DNA of 64,000 nucleotides, taken from contig JBIJBE010000003.1 of NCBI GenBank assembly GCA_044345405.1, positions 32,001-96,000 on the forward strand, read 5' to 3'. This DNA is from Bdellovibrionota bacterium (GTDB lineage: Bacteria; Bdellovibrionota_C; UBA2361; OMII01). The notes beneath the pieces are model-generated. The model worked only from the letters and a program-made list of their open reading frames with translations. It had not been told where the DNA came from and made no database searches. How positions within the stretch are numbered: position 1 is the stretch's first letter; each line of letters opens with the position of its first letter. Made by a program: the position numbers and the translations under genes. This document shows, one piece after another, positions 29,771 to 38,846 of the stretch.

Positions 29771-31423
29771 ATGATTAGCGCAGTGTGTGCAGAAACGAAC
29801 TCTTCCAATCTAAAACGAACCGTTGATTCGGTTTCCCGTTCGACTCTCCTTTCCTCCATGGCGAACGCGGGTGTCTACGACATGGTGGTCGTCGGCGGTG
29901 GTATCCACGGAGCCGCAGTCGCCCGACTCGCCGCTGGCTACGGATTTAAAACAGCTCTTCTGGAAAAGCATGATTACGCCGCCGCTACCTCAAGCCGAAG
30001 CTCCAAGATGGCGCACGGTGGCCTTCGCTACCTTGAGCTTATGGACTTCGAGCAGGTCTTTGAGGGGATTAAGGCTCGTGAAGAGATGTTTGATCATGTC
30101 GGCAACCTCGTGAAGCCGGCCGAGTTCCTCATCCCAGTTCCGAGAGGGGCGTGGTTCTTCAAGCTCAAATTGGGGATCGGACTCTTCCTCTACGACCTTA
30201 TGGTTAGTAAGGGTAATCGGCGTCATCGATGGATACCTCGCTCGAAGCTTACCTTCCCAGGATTCCACAGCGGTAGAGAGGACCTCATGGGGTGCTTCGT
30301 CTACACAGATGGCATCATGAGTGACGCTCGTCTCGTTATCGACAACGTGATCGGGGCGCGTCGGTACGGAGCCGCTTGTCTCAATTACTGTGAAGTAAAA
30401 TCCATGACTCGGGACGAGTCGGGTATCTCGGAGGTAACGGCGGTCGATACCAAGAGTGGTAAGGAGATTAAGCTGAAAGCTCGCCTGGTGGTGAATTGCA
30501 CAGGGCCTTGGGCCTCAACGTTAGCGACCACCCTCGGTGCGGAATCCCGTCCTCTTAAATTTAGCCGCGGTTCTCACATTATATTCAATAAGCCGTGGAC
30601 GGGCCCAAGTCTCTTCCTTCCAATGCCAGGAAAGGCTCGGTACTACTTCGTATGGCCGCATCATGCGGGCACGATGGTAGGGACGACTGAGCGTGAGGTT
30701 TCCTCCGTTGAACTTGATCCCCTTCCTTCCAAGGATGAGATTGAGGAGATCTTTGGTCGTCTTGAGAAGGATATTCCCGACGCGGGGCTCAACCGGGAAA
30801 GCGCTTGTTACGCATTCGCTGGTATTCGAACCCTTCCGATTCGTGGAAAGGACGCTAACTCCACAGTGCTCTCCAGAAAGCATATCTGGACTCATGTTAA
30901 TGGTGTTCTTACCTTGTTAGGAGGCAAATACACCACCGCTTCTTGGACCGCGCTTGAGGGTGTAAAGGAGGCCGCGCAGATTTTGGGCAAGCCGATCTCG
31001 GCGGACGCTCTCAAGAGTCGCGTCGATCTCAAAGAACTCCCCGGCAGCGCGACCGATGTTGAGTGTGAGGAGCTTCAACGTTCGCTCGCGACTCATGGCG
31101 TGTCCATCGAATCACAAAACCGACTTATGGGGCGGTATGGTAAGCGGCTCGGCGATAACTATCTCGAGGCGGTGGAAGCTTCTCAAGAGAAATTGATCGA
31201 GCTTGAAACGATGATCGCGCTCGATACCGAGCAGGTCGAGAGCCTTGAGGATCTCATGCGTCGACGACTTGAGCTTGAGTATACCGAGGGGCATGGAGAG
31301 AAGTATCTCCCCATCATCGGCGAGGTATTTAAGCGCGTCCGACCTGACATTGATTTCGAGAAAGAGAGCGCCGCCTATATCGCTCGAATGAAAGCGGTTC
31401 GATCGCTCCTTGGAAAAGCGTAG
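29771..31423 (+). CDS. glpD: FAD-dependent glycerol-3-phosphate dehydrogenase
   Basis: VVGGGIHG, TSSRSSKMAHGGLRYLE, DARL, N.TGPW, GSHI, GTTE, AGIR.L, SR and GGKYTT motifs. Confidence 0.9.
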   Translation: MISAVCAETNSSNLKRTVDSVSRSTLLSSMANAGVYDMVVVGGGIHGAAVARLAAGYGFKTALLEKHDYAAATSSRSSKMAHGGLRYLELMDFEQVFEGIKAREEMFDHVGNLVKPAEFLIPVPRGAWFFKLKLGIGLFLYDLMVSKGNRRHRWIPRSKLTFPGFHSGREDLMGCFVYTDGIMSDARLVIDNVIGARRYGAACLNYCEVKSMTRDESGISEVTAVDTKSGKEIKLKARLVVNCTGPWASTLATTLGAESRPLKFSRGSHIIFNKPWTGPSLFLPMPGKARYYFVWPHHAGTMVGTTEREVSSVELDPLPSKDEIEEIFGRLEKDIPDAGLNRESACYAFAGIRTLPIRGKDANSTVLSRKHIWTHVNGVLTLLGGKYTTASWTALEGVKEAAQILGKPISADALKSRVDLKELPGSATDVECEELQRSLATHGVSIESQNRLMGRYGKRLGDNYLEAVEASQEKLIELETMIALDTEQVESLEDLMRRRLELEYTEGHGEKYLPIIGEVFKRVRPDIDFEKESAAYIARMKAVRSLLGKA

Positions 31424-31796
31424 CGGATTGACTCCTAAAGAACGGTCGTGAGGTTCTCTGCGGGGAGGGGATGAATGATGATTCCTCTCCGTCGCTGAGT
31501 AGCCGTTGGCTGCTCCTAAAAGTACCGCGTAGCCGACACTCTCTCGTGTCGGTTTGGGTTGCAATTGGGACGTAGTAGTCACTACCGATACCGCGTCGCG
31601 TAGCCCTATGCTACCGTGCGTTTATTAAACCCAAAACTAACAGTGCCGGTTTGAGTATGATCGGCTTGCTCTGATACCGTGTGCAAACTTCATGAATTCC
31701 GGTCGGGATTCAGATTGTTGTTCGAATGAAGTTTGCGAGATTGACATGAAGATTGGGCAGCCAGGCCGGGCACCGGCAACAGATGCTATAGGAGAT

Positions 31797-32651
31797 ATGA
31801 TGACACAAGGGACAGTAGCCCTCTCATCTCAAGGATGTAAACCTGAAGTTACGACTGATGTAGCACCCATCTTGGAGAAAAAAGCTTTTCTCTTCGATTT
31901 TGACGGGACAGTGTGGATGGGCGGCACCATGATTCCCGGAGTCGCTGAGACGATCAAAGAGCTTCGCCAAGCGGGGAAGCAACCTATTTACCTCACCAAT
32001 AATTCATCCAAATCGCGCGCCGAGTATTTTGAGCGTCTTCAGAAGCTCGGACTCTGCGCGGACCCGAACGAGATCGTGATGTCGACGGATACCGTTACGA
32101 CGTACTTGAAGCAACATGGGTTCGCGAGCGCGTACATCATGGGCACTCCAGCTATGCGAGAGATGTGCGCTGAGGCGGGAGTTGTTCATGAGGAGAATCC
32201 AGCCAAGGTCGCGGTAGCGGTCATTGGATTCGACCGCACCTCAACGGCGGAAAAACTCACAACAGTGGCTCGTCTCGTCGCGAAGGGAGTCCCGTACATC
32301 GTCGCGCATCCGGATCCATTCTGTCCGAGCGATGAGGGTCCGATCGTCGATTGTGGCGCGTACTACGCGTGCATCAAGACCACAACGGGAGTTGAGGCGA
32401 AGGCTGTTCTCGGAAAGCCAAGCGCCTCAATGATAGCGGAAGTCGAGAAGCGCTTCTCGTTCGATCGCTCTGACATGGTGGTTCTCGGCGATCGTCTTTA
32501 CACGGATGTCGCGTTGGGTCGAGAGGCCGGCGTTGACTCTGTGCTTGTGTTATCAGGTGAGAACACCCTTGAGCACGCCGCTGTGAGTAATGAGAAGCCC
32601 ACCTGGATTCTCAACTCAGTGGCTGATCTTCGATTCAAGATAGCGAAGTAA
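31797..32651 (+). CDS. HAD-IIA (NagD-like) phosphatase
   Basis: FLFDFDGT, LTNNS, GKPS and GDRLYTDV motifs; start chosen after the GGAG SD. Confidence 0.9.
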   Translation: MMTQGTVALSSQGCKPEVTTDVAPILEKKAFLFDFDGTVWMGGTMIPGVAETIKELRQAGKQPIYLTNNSSKSRAEYFERLQKLGLCADPNEIVMSTDTVTTYLKQHGFASAYIMGTPAMREMCAEAGVVHEENPAKVAVAVIGFDRTSTAEKLTTVARLVAKGVPYIVAHPDPFCPSDEGPIVDCGAYYACIKTTTGVEAKAVLGKPSASMIAEVEKRFSFDRSDMVVLGDRLYTDVALGREAGVDSVLVLSGENTLEHAAVSNEKPTWILNSVADLRFKIAK

Positions 32652-32691
32652 ACACAGTACGCTGCCTGATTTAGTAGTAAGGAGAAAAGGC

Positions 32692-34635
32692 ATGGACGCG
32701 CATTCAGCAGTTATACGTGAAACTCGTAAAGAGGTGGATCCTCAATCGCAAGCTTGTGGGGTTCGTCTCCCAGGCCAGGCGAATCGAGAGGCGTACCTCC
32801 GCTCCTTAGCGGCTGGAACGGTGCCCCCAATGGTGGTGATGAGCGGGTTGCCAGGGGCTGGAAAGACCACGGCCCTTCAATTCCTCCAACAGGAGGGTTC
32901 GGCCACCTACACACCGGTGACTCGGTATATGCCGCGAGATCGTCGTCCGAGTGATACCGCGGGCGATAAGCCGTGGAGCTTCGATAAAAACGCCGCGCCG
33001 GGTGAGGACCCAACGGCTCCAGGATCGGTCATTTTCTCGAACGTAAAGTACAAGGGGTACTACGGATTTCCGGGGCGTGACATCGTGAACGCGATCGACA
33101 AGGGAGAGATCCCTGTGATGCTCGTGACAAGCTACGTCGAAATGGTTCAGCTCTCAGAGGCGTTGCACAACCTCGTTCCGGCAGCGCCGCTCGTGAGCCT
33201 ACGTCTTGAGGTTCCTCAAGAGGTTCTTCCCGGACGTATTCTGCGAAGGGTAGGAGCGGACGCGACAGAGCACCAAGAGCGAATCGAGCGCCTCGACGGC
33301 TTAGTGAAGGCCGATCGCCTTCAAACTCCGCTCTTGAACAAGGTCCACGATACGCGAGTTATCTGGAACTTGAAGCCAAGCGAGATAGCGGAGCACGGTT
33401 ATTTTGGCTCTCAAATAAAAGCTCTCACACCGGACGCTCTCGCCGCTATGCTTGTAGAGGCTAAAGTTGACGCGGTTGCTCGAGCGCAGCGAGAGGCTCA
33501 AGACATCCTCACACCGAGGCCGTTAACGTACGATAGCGCGGTCGTTCCAGCTTCTATCACGGATGTATTGGATAGGGTGCTTCTGCCAGCAGCCGCGGCG
33601 CGATTAGCTGATGGGGCGTTGGGGCAGGGTGAGAGTCCGCTTGTCCTTAAGGCGGGTTTGGCCGCAGCCATCTATTTGGGAGACAAGGGACGAGTGGTTT
33701 CTCCTGACATCGATTTCGTTCTTCCGGAAAATCCGAGAGCGAAGATGCAAATGGAGGTCCTGATGGAGTCCTTGTCCGATCAGCCCGTGGAATGGGTTGA
33801 TGGCAAGAACAAGGCCGTCTACCACTGCGAGGGAATTAAGGGCGAGGCGAAGGCGAACGATGGTACGAACGTTGAGCTTGACGCGTTGCTCAGCACTCGG
33901 GTTCAGCCTGATCCGAAGGGATTCGTGTTCGCCTGTACGCATGACGCTCACGACCTCTTCTACCGAAGAATGGTTACGACCCCGGCCGGAAACTCGGTGG
34001 CGATGATCCCGCCAGAGCAGCTCTGTGTCGAGAAATTAATCGCTGGTCGAGGGCCGGATATTAATAAGTTTGACCTGTTTGACGCGAGCGGACTCCTCGC
34101 CACCTTTCACCTCAATCCGAACCTCGTGAAAAAGATGATCGAGTCGCAACGTTTTGACGAGGCTCTCGATGAGGACGCCGCGCGCGTAATCTCGACGGCG
34201 AAGCGACAGCTATCTGACGAGGCGCTTACGCAGCTCGGAATCACGGAGCCGGAGGTGCAAGCTGTGGTGAGATCTCTTGGGGAGTTGGTCGACGATGAGT
34301 GGGCCGAGTATCCATCCGAAACTCGCGTTTTGACGAAGTCTGCTCTGAAGCAGTTCGCGTTCTTGAGCGCCGTAGAACGCTCTCTCAAGAAAGTAGAGGC
34401 GATCATGAACGACAGGGTTTTCTCCATCGCCGGAGAGAAGGTGTCGATCGGTGAGCGCTTTGGAGAGGATAACGTCCGAGCTGGGATCGCCCGGTTGCGA
34501 GCGCACGTACGGCTGCACAGTGAGTTTTACGCCGGGACGCGTGATACCTTCGTGAGACGGGCTCTCGGAAAACAGGAAGACGAGACCCGATTCTTCCAGC
34601 ATCTCGATAGTCAGCGTCAGCGTCTCTCTCGCTAG
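32692..34635 (+). CDS. Fusion of a guanylate-kinase/PhnN-like P-loop domain and an AbiEii/DUF1814-like nucleotidyltransferase
   Basis: GLPGAGKT, TR..PR..RPSD and YYG in the N-half; LKAGLAA..YL...R..SPDIDF, EKL and D.FD in the C-half. Confidence 0.6.
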   Translation: MDAHSAVIRETRKEVDPQSQACGVRLPGQANREAYLRSLAAGTVPPMVVMSGLPGAGKTTALQFLQQEGSATYTPVTRYMPRDRRPSDTAGDKPWSFDKNAAPGEDPTAPGSVIFSNVKYKGYYGFPGRDIVNAIDKGEIPVMLVTSYVEMVQLSEALHNLVPAAPLVSLRLEVPQEVLPGRILRRVGADATEHQERIERLDGLVKADRLQTPLLNKVHDTRVIWNLKPSEIAEHGYFGSQIKALTPDALAAMLVEAKVDAVARAQREAQDILTPRPLTYDSAVVPASITDVLDRVLLPAAAARLADGALGQGESPLVLKAGLAAAIYLGDKGRVVSPDIDFVLPENPRAKMQMEVLMESLSDQPVEWVDGKNKAVYHCEGIKGEAKANDGTNVELDALLSTRVQPDPKGFVFACTHDAHDLFYRRMVTTPAGNSVAMIPPEQLCVEKLIAGRGPDINKFDLFDASGLLATFHLNPNLVKKMIESQRFDEALDEDAARVISTAKRQLSDEALTQLGITEPEVQAVVRSLGELVDDEWAEYPSETRVLTKSALKQFAFLSAVERSLKKVEAIMNDRVFSIAGEKVSIGERFGEDNVRAGIARLRAHVRLHSEFYAGTRDTFVRRALGKQEDETRFFQHLDSQRQRLSR

Positions 34636-34734
34636 GCGAGCCTCGCTGAAGCCCATAGAGGCTTTATAGGGAGATATGGGATACTCACGTGAGTCCCGTT
34701 CTCCTTGTAAGGTGGCTGGGGCTATCGGTAAGGT

Positions 34735-35532
34735 TTAGTGAGAGAACGTCGCGGGATCTCCACCTCGTACATCAACAGATACCTTTTCTCCCTCTACAGT
34801 TACTATCGTGTAACTCTTACTCGGCGTGCCGGTATTCGACACGTCCTCTACGCATGATTGAAGGGTGAAGTACGGGATGCCGTTGTGGGTCCACATATTG
34901 TTTCGATGGAGGTGGCCGTTGAAAACCGCGATTACCTTGCCGCTCGCCTCAAGAACTGCTCGAACCTCGGCGCGATTCTCCACGAACGCTTTGTGCGGAG
35001 TTCCCTCAAACCAAAAGCACCCGGTAAGGTCTTGATCGCTGATGGGATGGTGCATGAACACAAGGGTTTTGCGCTTTGTGCTCGCGAGGTCCGCCGCAAG
35101 CCACTCAATCTGATCAGCTTCAATGATCATACGAGAATGGTTGAAGTGTCGGGTGTACAGAAACACACAGTGGTAGTCGCCCACATCAAAGGAGTAGTGG
35201 AGCTTCTCACGGTGTAACAGCGCGCAGAGGTCCTCATACGTTAAGTTCTCTCGGTCGTGGTTGCCGACGGTGTGATGAACGGGAGCCTTGAATTTCCCGA
35301 AGTAAAAGAGAGCTCTCTTAAAATTTTCCCGGTCAAATTCTACGCTGGGATACCTGAGATCGTCCTGACTGATGTCTCCGAGTTGCGCGATGAACTCTAC
35401 GTCGTTTTGGTTATTGAGGGTCTCCACGAGTTCGGTGATAACGCGCTCAGATTCGAAACTCATGATACGATTGTTGCCCCGATAGAATGGGGTCGGGCCG
35501 ATGTGACTATCTGTGATGATCGCGAATTTCAT
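34735..35532 (-). CDS. Calcineurin-like metallophosphoesterase
   Basis: DSH, LGD, GNHD, MHHP and GHLH motifs. Confidence 0.9.
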   Translation of the reverse strand: MKFAIITDSHIGPTPFYRGNNRIMSFESERVITELVETLNNQNDVEFIAQLGDISQDDLRYPSVEFDRENFKRALFYFGKFKAPVHHTVGNHDRENLTYEDLCALLHREKLHYSFDVGDYHCVFLYTRHFNHSRMIIEADQIEWLAADLASTKRKTLVFMHHPISDQDLTGCFWFEGTPHKAFVENRAEVRAVLEASGKVIAVFNGHLHRNNMWTHNGIPYFTLQSCVEDVSNTGTPSKSYTIVTVEGEKVSVDVRGGDPATFSH

Positions 35533-35687
35533 GAATTCTCTCCTAGAGGGGTGTCGCCGGCGAGTCTAATCAATACCGTTGCCTCTCGCAATAAAGGCCG
35601 GCCGGCGTCTGAATACACGGACATGGTCTTCGACGAGCGATGAGAAGAAAGTGCTCTGGGTGCCGGCATATCGGGCACAATTTCCCG

Positions 35688-36671
35688 CTATGACACGAGC
35701 CGTTGTGGATAGCTGATTCGTTTAAGAGTTTCGAATTGTTGAATAATTTTGACCGAGTCGATGGCGGGGCCAAAGGTGTCGTAGAGAGACTGGCAGAAGG
35801 TGTCCAACTCTCGACTGTTCTCCGTCTCAAAGCGTAGTTCGAAGTCCCAGTTTCCGGTACACGAGATCGCCGCCACAACGTTCGGACAGAGGGCTATCAT
35901 TTTATAGAGAAGCTTTTTTTGATCCGGACTCATTCCTCGGTCCACGAGGAGAAGACGGTAGGTTTGCACGCCGATCTTGTCGGTTCGAAGTACGTATATT
36001 TTGCCCCGAATAATTCGCTGTTCGGTGAGTTTGTCTATTCGGTATTGAATGGAGCTCGCGCTCATAGCCATGGCGCGAGCTATCCCTTGGAGAGACGTGT
36101 CAGGATTGCCGCTCAAAAATTCGAGGATTCTCCCATCTGTATCGTCTAAGGCTCGTACGGGAGTTTTCGATGTAAGGTGAATACTCTCTCTCTTGTGAGA
36201 GGATGGCGAGAGATAGAGAGGATTAAAAACACTCCAATCGATCGCAATTCGAACCGTTTTCTCGAAATGGGCGCCGGCCTCCGCCGGTCTCAGGAGTGTA
36301 AATAACTCATCGACTTCATGTATCTGTTGAGCCCACAACCACAGCATATACCGGTAGCCGCCACCCATTCGGTTTAATCCCATGACGCGGGAATGGGTCA
36401 TAACCGTTTTTTCTAAACGCTTTTGGCCAGCGGAGCTCTCGGCTCCTCGATTAAAAAAAGTGGTAACGTCGAGGTATCCGAGAGCGAAGTGATCGATATG
36501 ATAGATGGGAGTGATTATGCCACGACGAAGAAGCGAGTCTCTCGCGTGTCGGGTGGCGTGCTGACTCAGACCGGATCTTCGAGCCAGCTCCTTCACAGAG
36601 TCGTCCGCGTTCAATACATTCGCGGCAAGGAAAATCCTTTCTTTGTCCGATAATCTGCTATGACTCTGCAT
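35688..36671 (-). CDS. Tandem (double) Lrp/AsnC-like transcriptional regulator; start uncertain
   Basis: Two HTH plus effector-domain repeats (SVKELARRSGLS...L.RRGII; LDDTD.RIL..L..N..SLQ.IA..M.MS.SSI.YRI.KL...II; C.GNWD). Confidence 0.72.
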   Translation of the reverse strand: MQSHSRLSDKERIFLAANVLNADDSVKELARRSGLSQHATRHARDSLLRRGIITPIYHIDHFALGYLDVTTFFNRGAESSAGQKRLEKTVMTHSRVMGLNRMGGGYRYMLWLWAQQIHEVDELFTLLRPAEAGAHFEKTVRIAIDWSVFNPLYLSPSSHKRESIHLTSKTPVRALDDTDGRILEFLSGNPDTSLQGIARAMAMSASSIQYRIDKLTEQRIIRGKIYVLRTDKIGVQTYRLLLVDRGMSPDQKKLLYKMIALCPNVVAAISCTGNWDFELRFETENSRELDTFCQSLYDTFGPAIDSVKIIQQFETLKRISYPQRLVS

Positions 36672-37012
36672 CCGGTAGGATATAGCAGGAAGTGAGGGTG
36701 TGAGGCGAGTGGAATCATACTCCGCACGGTCTGATGGGAATGTTCCGAAATCATGTAATGTCACCTGTGCGTTACGTGTAGAGCGAGGGGGCGCGCGGTG
36801 TCTGAGATAAAGCGGGCGTCCACGGCGGTCTGGTATCGCGGTATCTCCTTCGAGTGGAAGACGGGCGATAACGGGCGATGCTCTAACTAAATTCTAGTCA
36901 TTCCTGGCCAACTAAGTGTTTGCGCGTCTCGTGGGGTGTCGTATTTTCTTGCCCACGCTGTCCTTCGGACGCTGATGAATCGATGTTCACAGGTAGAATA
37001 CAAGAGGAGTCC

Positions 37013-38215
37013 ATGGATAGAGTAGATCGTACGCAGTCGTGTCGGTACGGTGAGATTGTTGATCTGGAGCGTGCTACCCTACCGGGAGCGTTTCGCCCGG
37101 CGATAAAGGGGCTCTCCGTTTCTGTCGAGCAGTTGCCCCACTATGTTGAGGAATCGCTAGCAATTGTAGGCTCGCGCTCAAGGAAAGACATCGAGATATT
37201 CCGAAATCTTCTGACAATCAAAGTGCCTGTGGAGTCCCTTCTTCAAGAGGTCGCCGCTAGCTCTGATGTTTCTATTTCAGAAATACCCGCCGCGTTGTGT
37301 CGGATCTGCAACGCGTGGGTTGAGGTCGCGCCCCAGCATGATGTCGCCGCCCGAATGCCCATCTCTTACGTGGTGGGAAGGCTCGTTGACCTTTGGGTGT
37401 CTCATCGTGACGCGAATCTGTCAGATGACGAGCGTCGCACCATTCCGTCAAATGAGGCAACACGGGAGGGCTTTGTGAAGAACGACCTTACCGCTAAAGC
37501 TCTCTTTGACGCGATAAGTCGGTTAAGCGCTCCAGCTATGCTTGCCGCTGGCTCCATCGCGCAGCGAAGAGTAGAGCGAATCGGACGGGTAACGATGATA
37601 GGTCAGGACCCGTTTAAGGTTTTCTTCGATACACTTTTTGTCTTTGATCCAGAAAAGGCGAACGTCAACAAGTCGACATCAGAACAGTTTATTCCCTATC
37701 TGTGGTCTCGTCTCGAGGCCCGTTGGTTGGGGTCCGATCGAAAGAGGTGTGAGGATAAGGCTGTTCGATCCGTCAGGGGACGTGAAGGAGAGCTTACCGA
37801 CATGGCCTCGATGCTGGAGGACAAAGGGGCACGCGACTTTACGGCATCCGTAGATCGTCGGGATGAGTTCGAGTGGACACGCGCCGCGCTTGAAAACGCG
37901 TTGGTAGATGGCGCTTTACGCCGCGGTGATTATGAAGCTATCCTTCAGTATTTTGGTCTAGGCGGTGCCCAAACAGGGCATGGAGCGCTGAAAAGTTCCG
38001 CTCTCTCCATAAAGACGAAGGCTCAACGGGGAATCGATCATTTTAAGCGCTACCTCAAGGCCCAAGAGGCCGAGCGTGATGATATCGAATGCCTGTCTTC
38101 ACAACCGGGTGATTGTGAGACCTTTGCTCGTTATCCAAAACTCTCTGGAGCTGGTTCTCATCCTAGGCTCATGAGGCGAGCGGAGCAGCGGGCGCAACGT
38201 CCAACTGTTTGGTAG
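37013..38215 (+). CDS. Hypothetical protein with degenerate sigma70-like C-terminal half
   Basis: ATG after GAGGAG. FDPEK...QFIPYLW resembles region 2.3-2.4 and AL..AL...L...YEAI..YFGL.G resembles region 4.1. Confidence 0.5.
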   Translation: MDRVDRTQSCRYGEIVDLERATLPGAFRPAIKGLSVSVEQLPHYVEESLAIVGSRSRKDIEIFRNLLTIKVPVESLLQEVAASSDVSISEIPAALCRICNAWVEVAPQHDVAARMPISYVVGRLVDLWVSHRDANLSDDERRTIPSNEATREGFVKNDLTAKALFDAISRLSAPAMLAAGSIAQRRVERIGRVTMIGQDPFKVFFDTLFVFDPEKANVNKSTSEQFIPYLWSRLEARWLGSDRKRCEDKAVRSVRGREGELTDMASMLEDKGARDFTASVDRRDEFEWTRAALENALVDGALRRGDYEAILQYFGLGGAQTGHGALKSSALSIKTKAQRGIDHFKRYLKAQEAERDDIECLSSQPGDCETFARYPKLSGAGSHPRLMRRAEQRAQRPTVW

Positions 38216-38648
38216 TAGTGAGAGTTAAGCCGGGCAACCCAAGCACCTGGATGTCACGTGAAGTGGAGCAACGGCTTTACCGTACAACACAAAGCCTCAC
38301 CGTTGTCTTTGAGTTTTCAGTGTCCTTTGTGGTCCCGTCACTTGTATTCATGGGCCATCTAAGTCCACATGGACACCAGAAGCGGCTTATGCGGACTATC
38401 AGTCCCGCTCAAAAAGCATCTGCTGTCGCTTCGGCTTGATCTGCACCGGCATTCCCGCGGGATAATTTCCAGAGAAGCAAGCGTCGCAATATTTACCATG
38501 GGTTGACTCAACGGCGCGGTAGAGCCCCTCGGTTGAGAGGTAGGCGAGGGAGTCAACACCTATGTACTCCGCGATCTCCTCAATGGTGTGCTTGGAGGCG
38601 ATAAGCTCGTGCTTATCGGGGGTATCGATACCGTAGTAGCACGGGTTC
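37388..38648 (+). repeat. Copy A of a diverged ~1.2-kb direct duplication
   Basis: Begins gacctttgggtgtctcatcgtgacg and ends gtagtagcacgggttc; matches 40038-41239. Confidence 0.92.
38399..38648 (-). pseudogene. purF: 3'-terminal fragment of a second purF allele
   Basis: Encodes NPCYYGIDTP...QQMLFERD, almost identical to the end of intact purF (about a dozen nt differences in 250 by eye). Truncated at the repeat array. Confidence 0.92.
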
Positions 38649-38649
38649 T

Positions 38650-38814
38650 TCGTCACTGGTGCCAGGCTCTTTTTAAGCGTTTCGTCACTGGTTCGTCACT
38701 GGTGCCAGGCTCTTTCTGGTTCGTCACTGGTGCCAGGCTCTTTTTAAGCTGCTCGTCACTGGTGCCAGGCTCTTTTTAAGCGTTTTCGTCACTGGTGCCA
38801 GGCTCTTTTTAAGC
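38650..38814 (+). repeat. Tandem array of tcgtcactggtgccaggctctttttaagc
   Basis: Full 29-mers start at 38650, 38721, 38753 and 38786; truncated copies start at 38682 and 38693; linkers are only 1-5 nt. Confidence 0.95.
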
Positions 38815-38846
38815 AACTCTCTGCCCCGTTCCCCGATTACACCTGC

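Noticed and set aside
38650-38814. CRISPR array (29-bp direct repeats)
   Set aside because: Linkers are only 1-5 nt, there are no spacer-length unique sequences and no cas genes; the adjacent gene is an HUH transposase.
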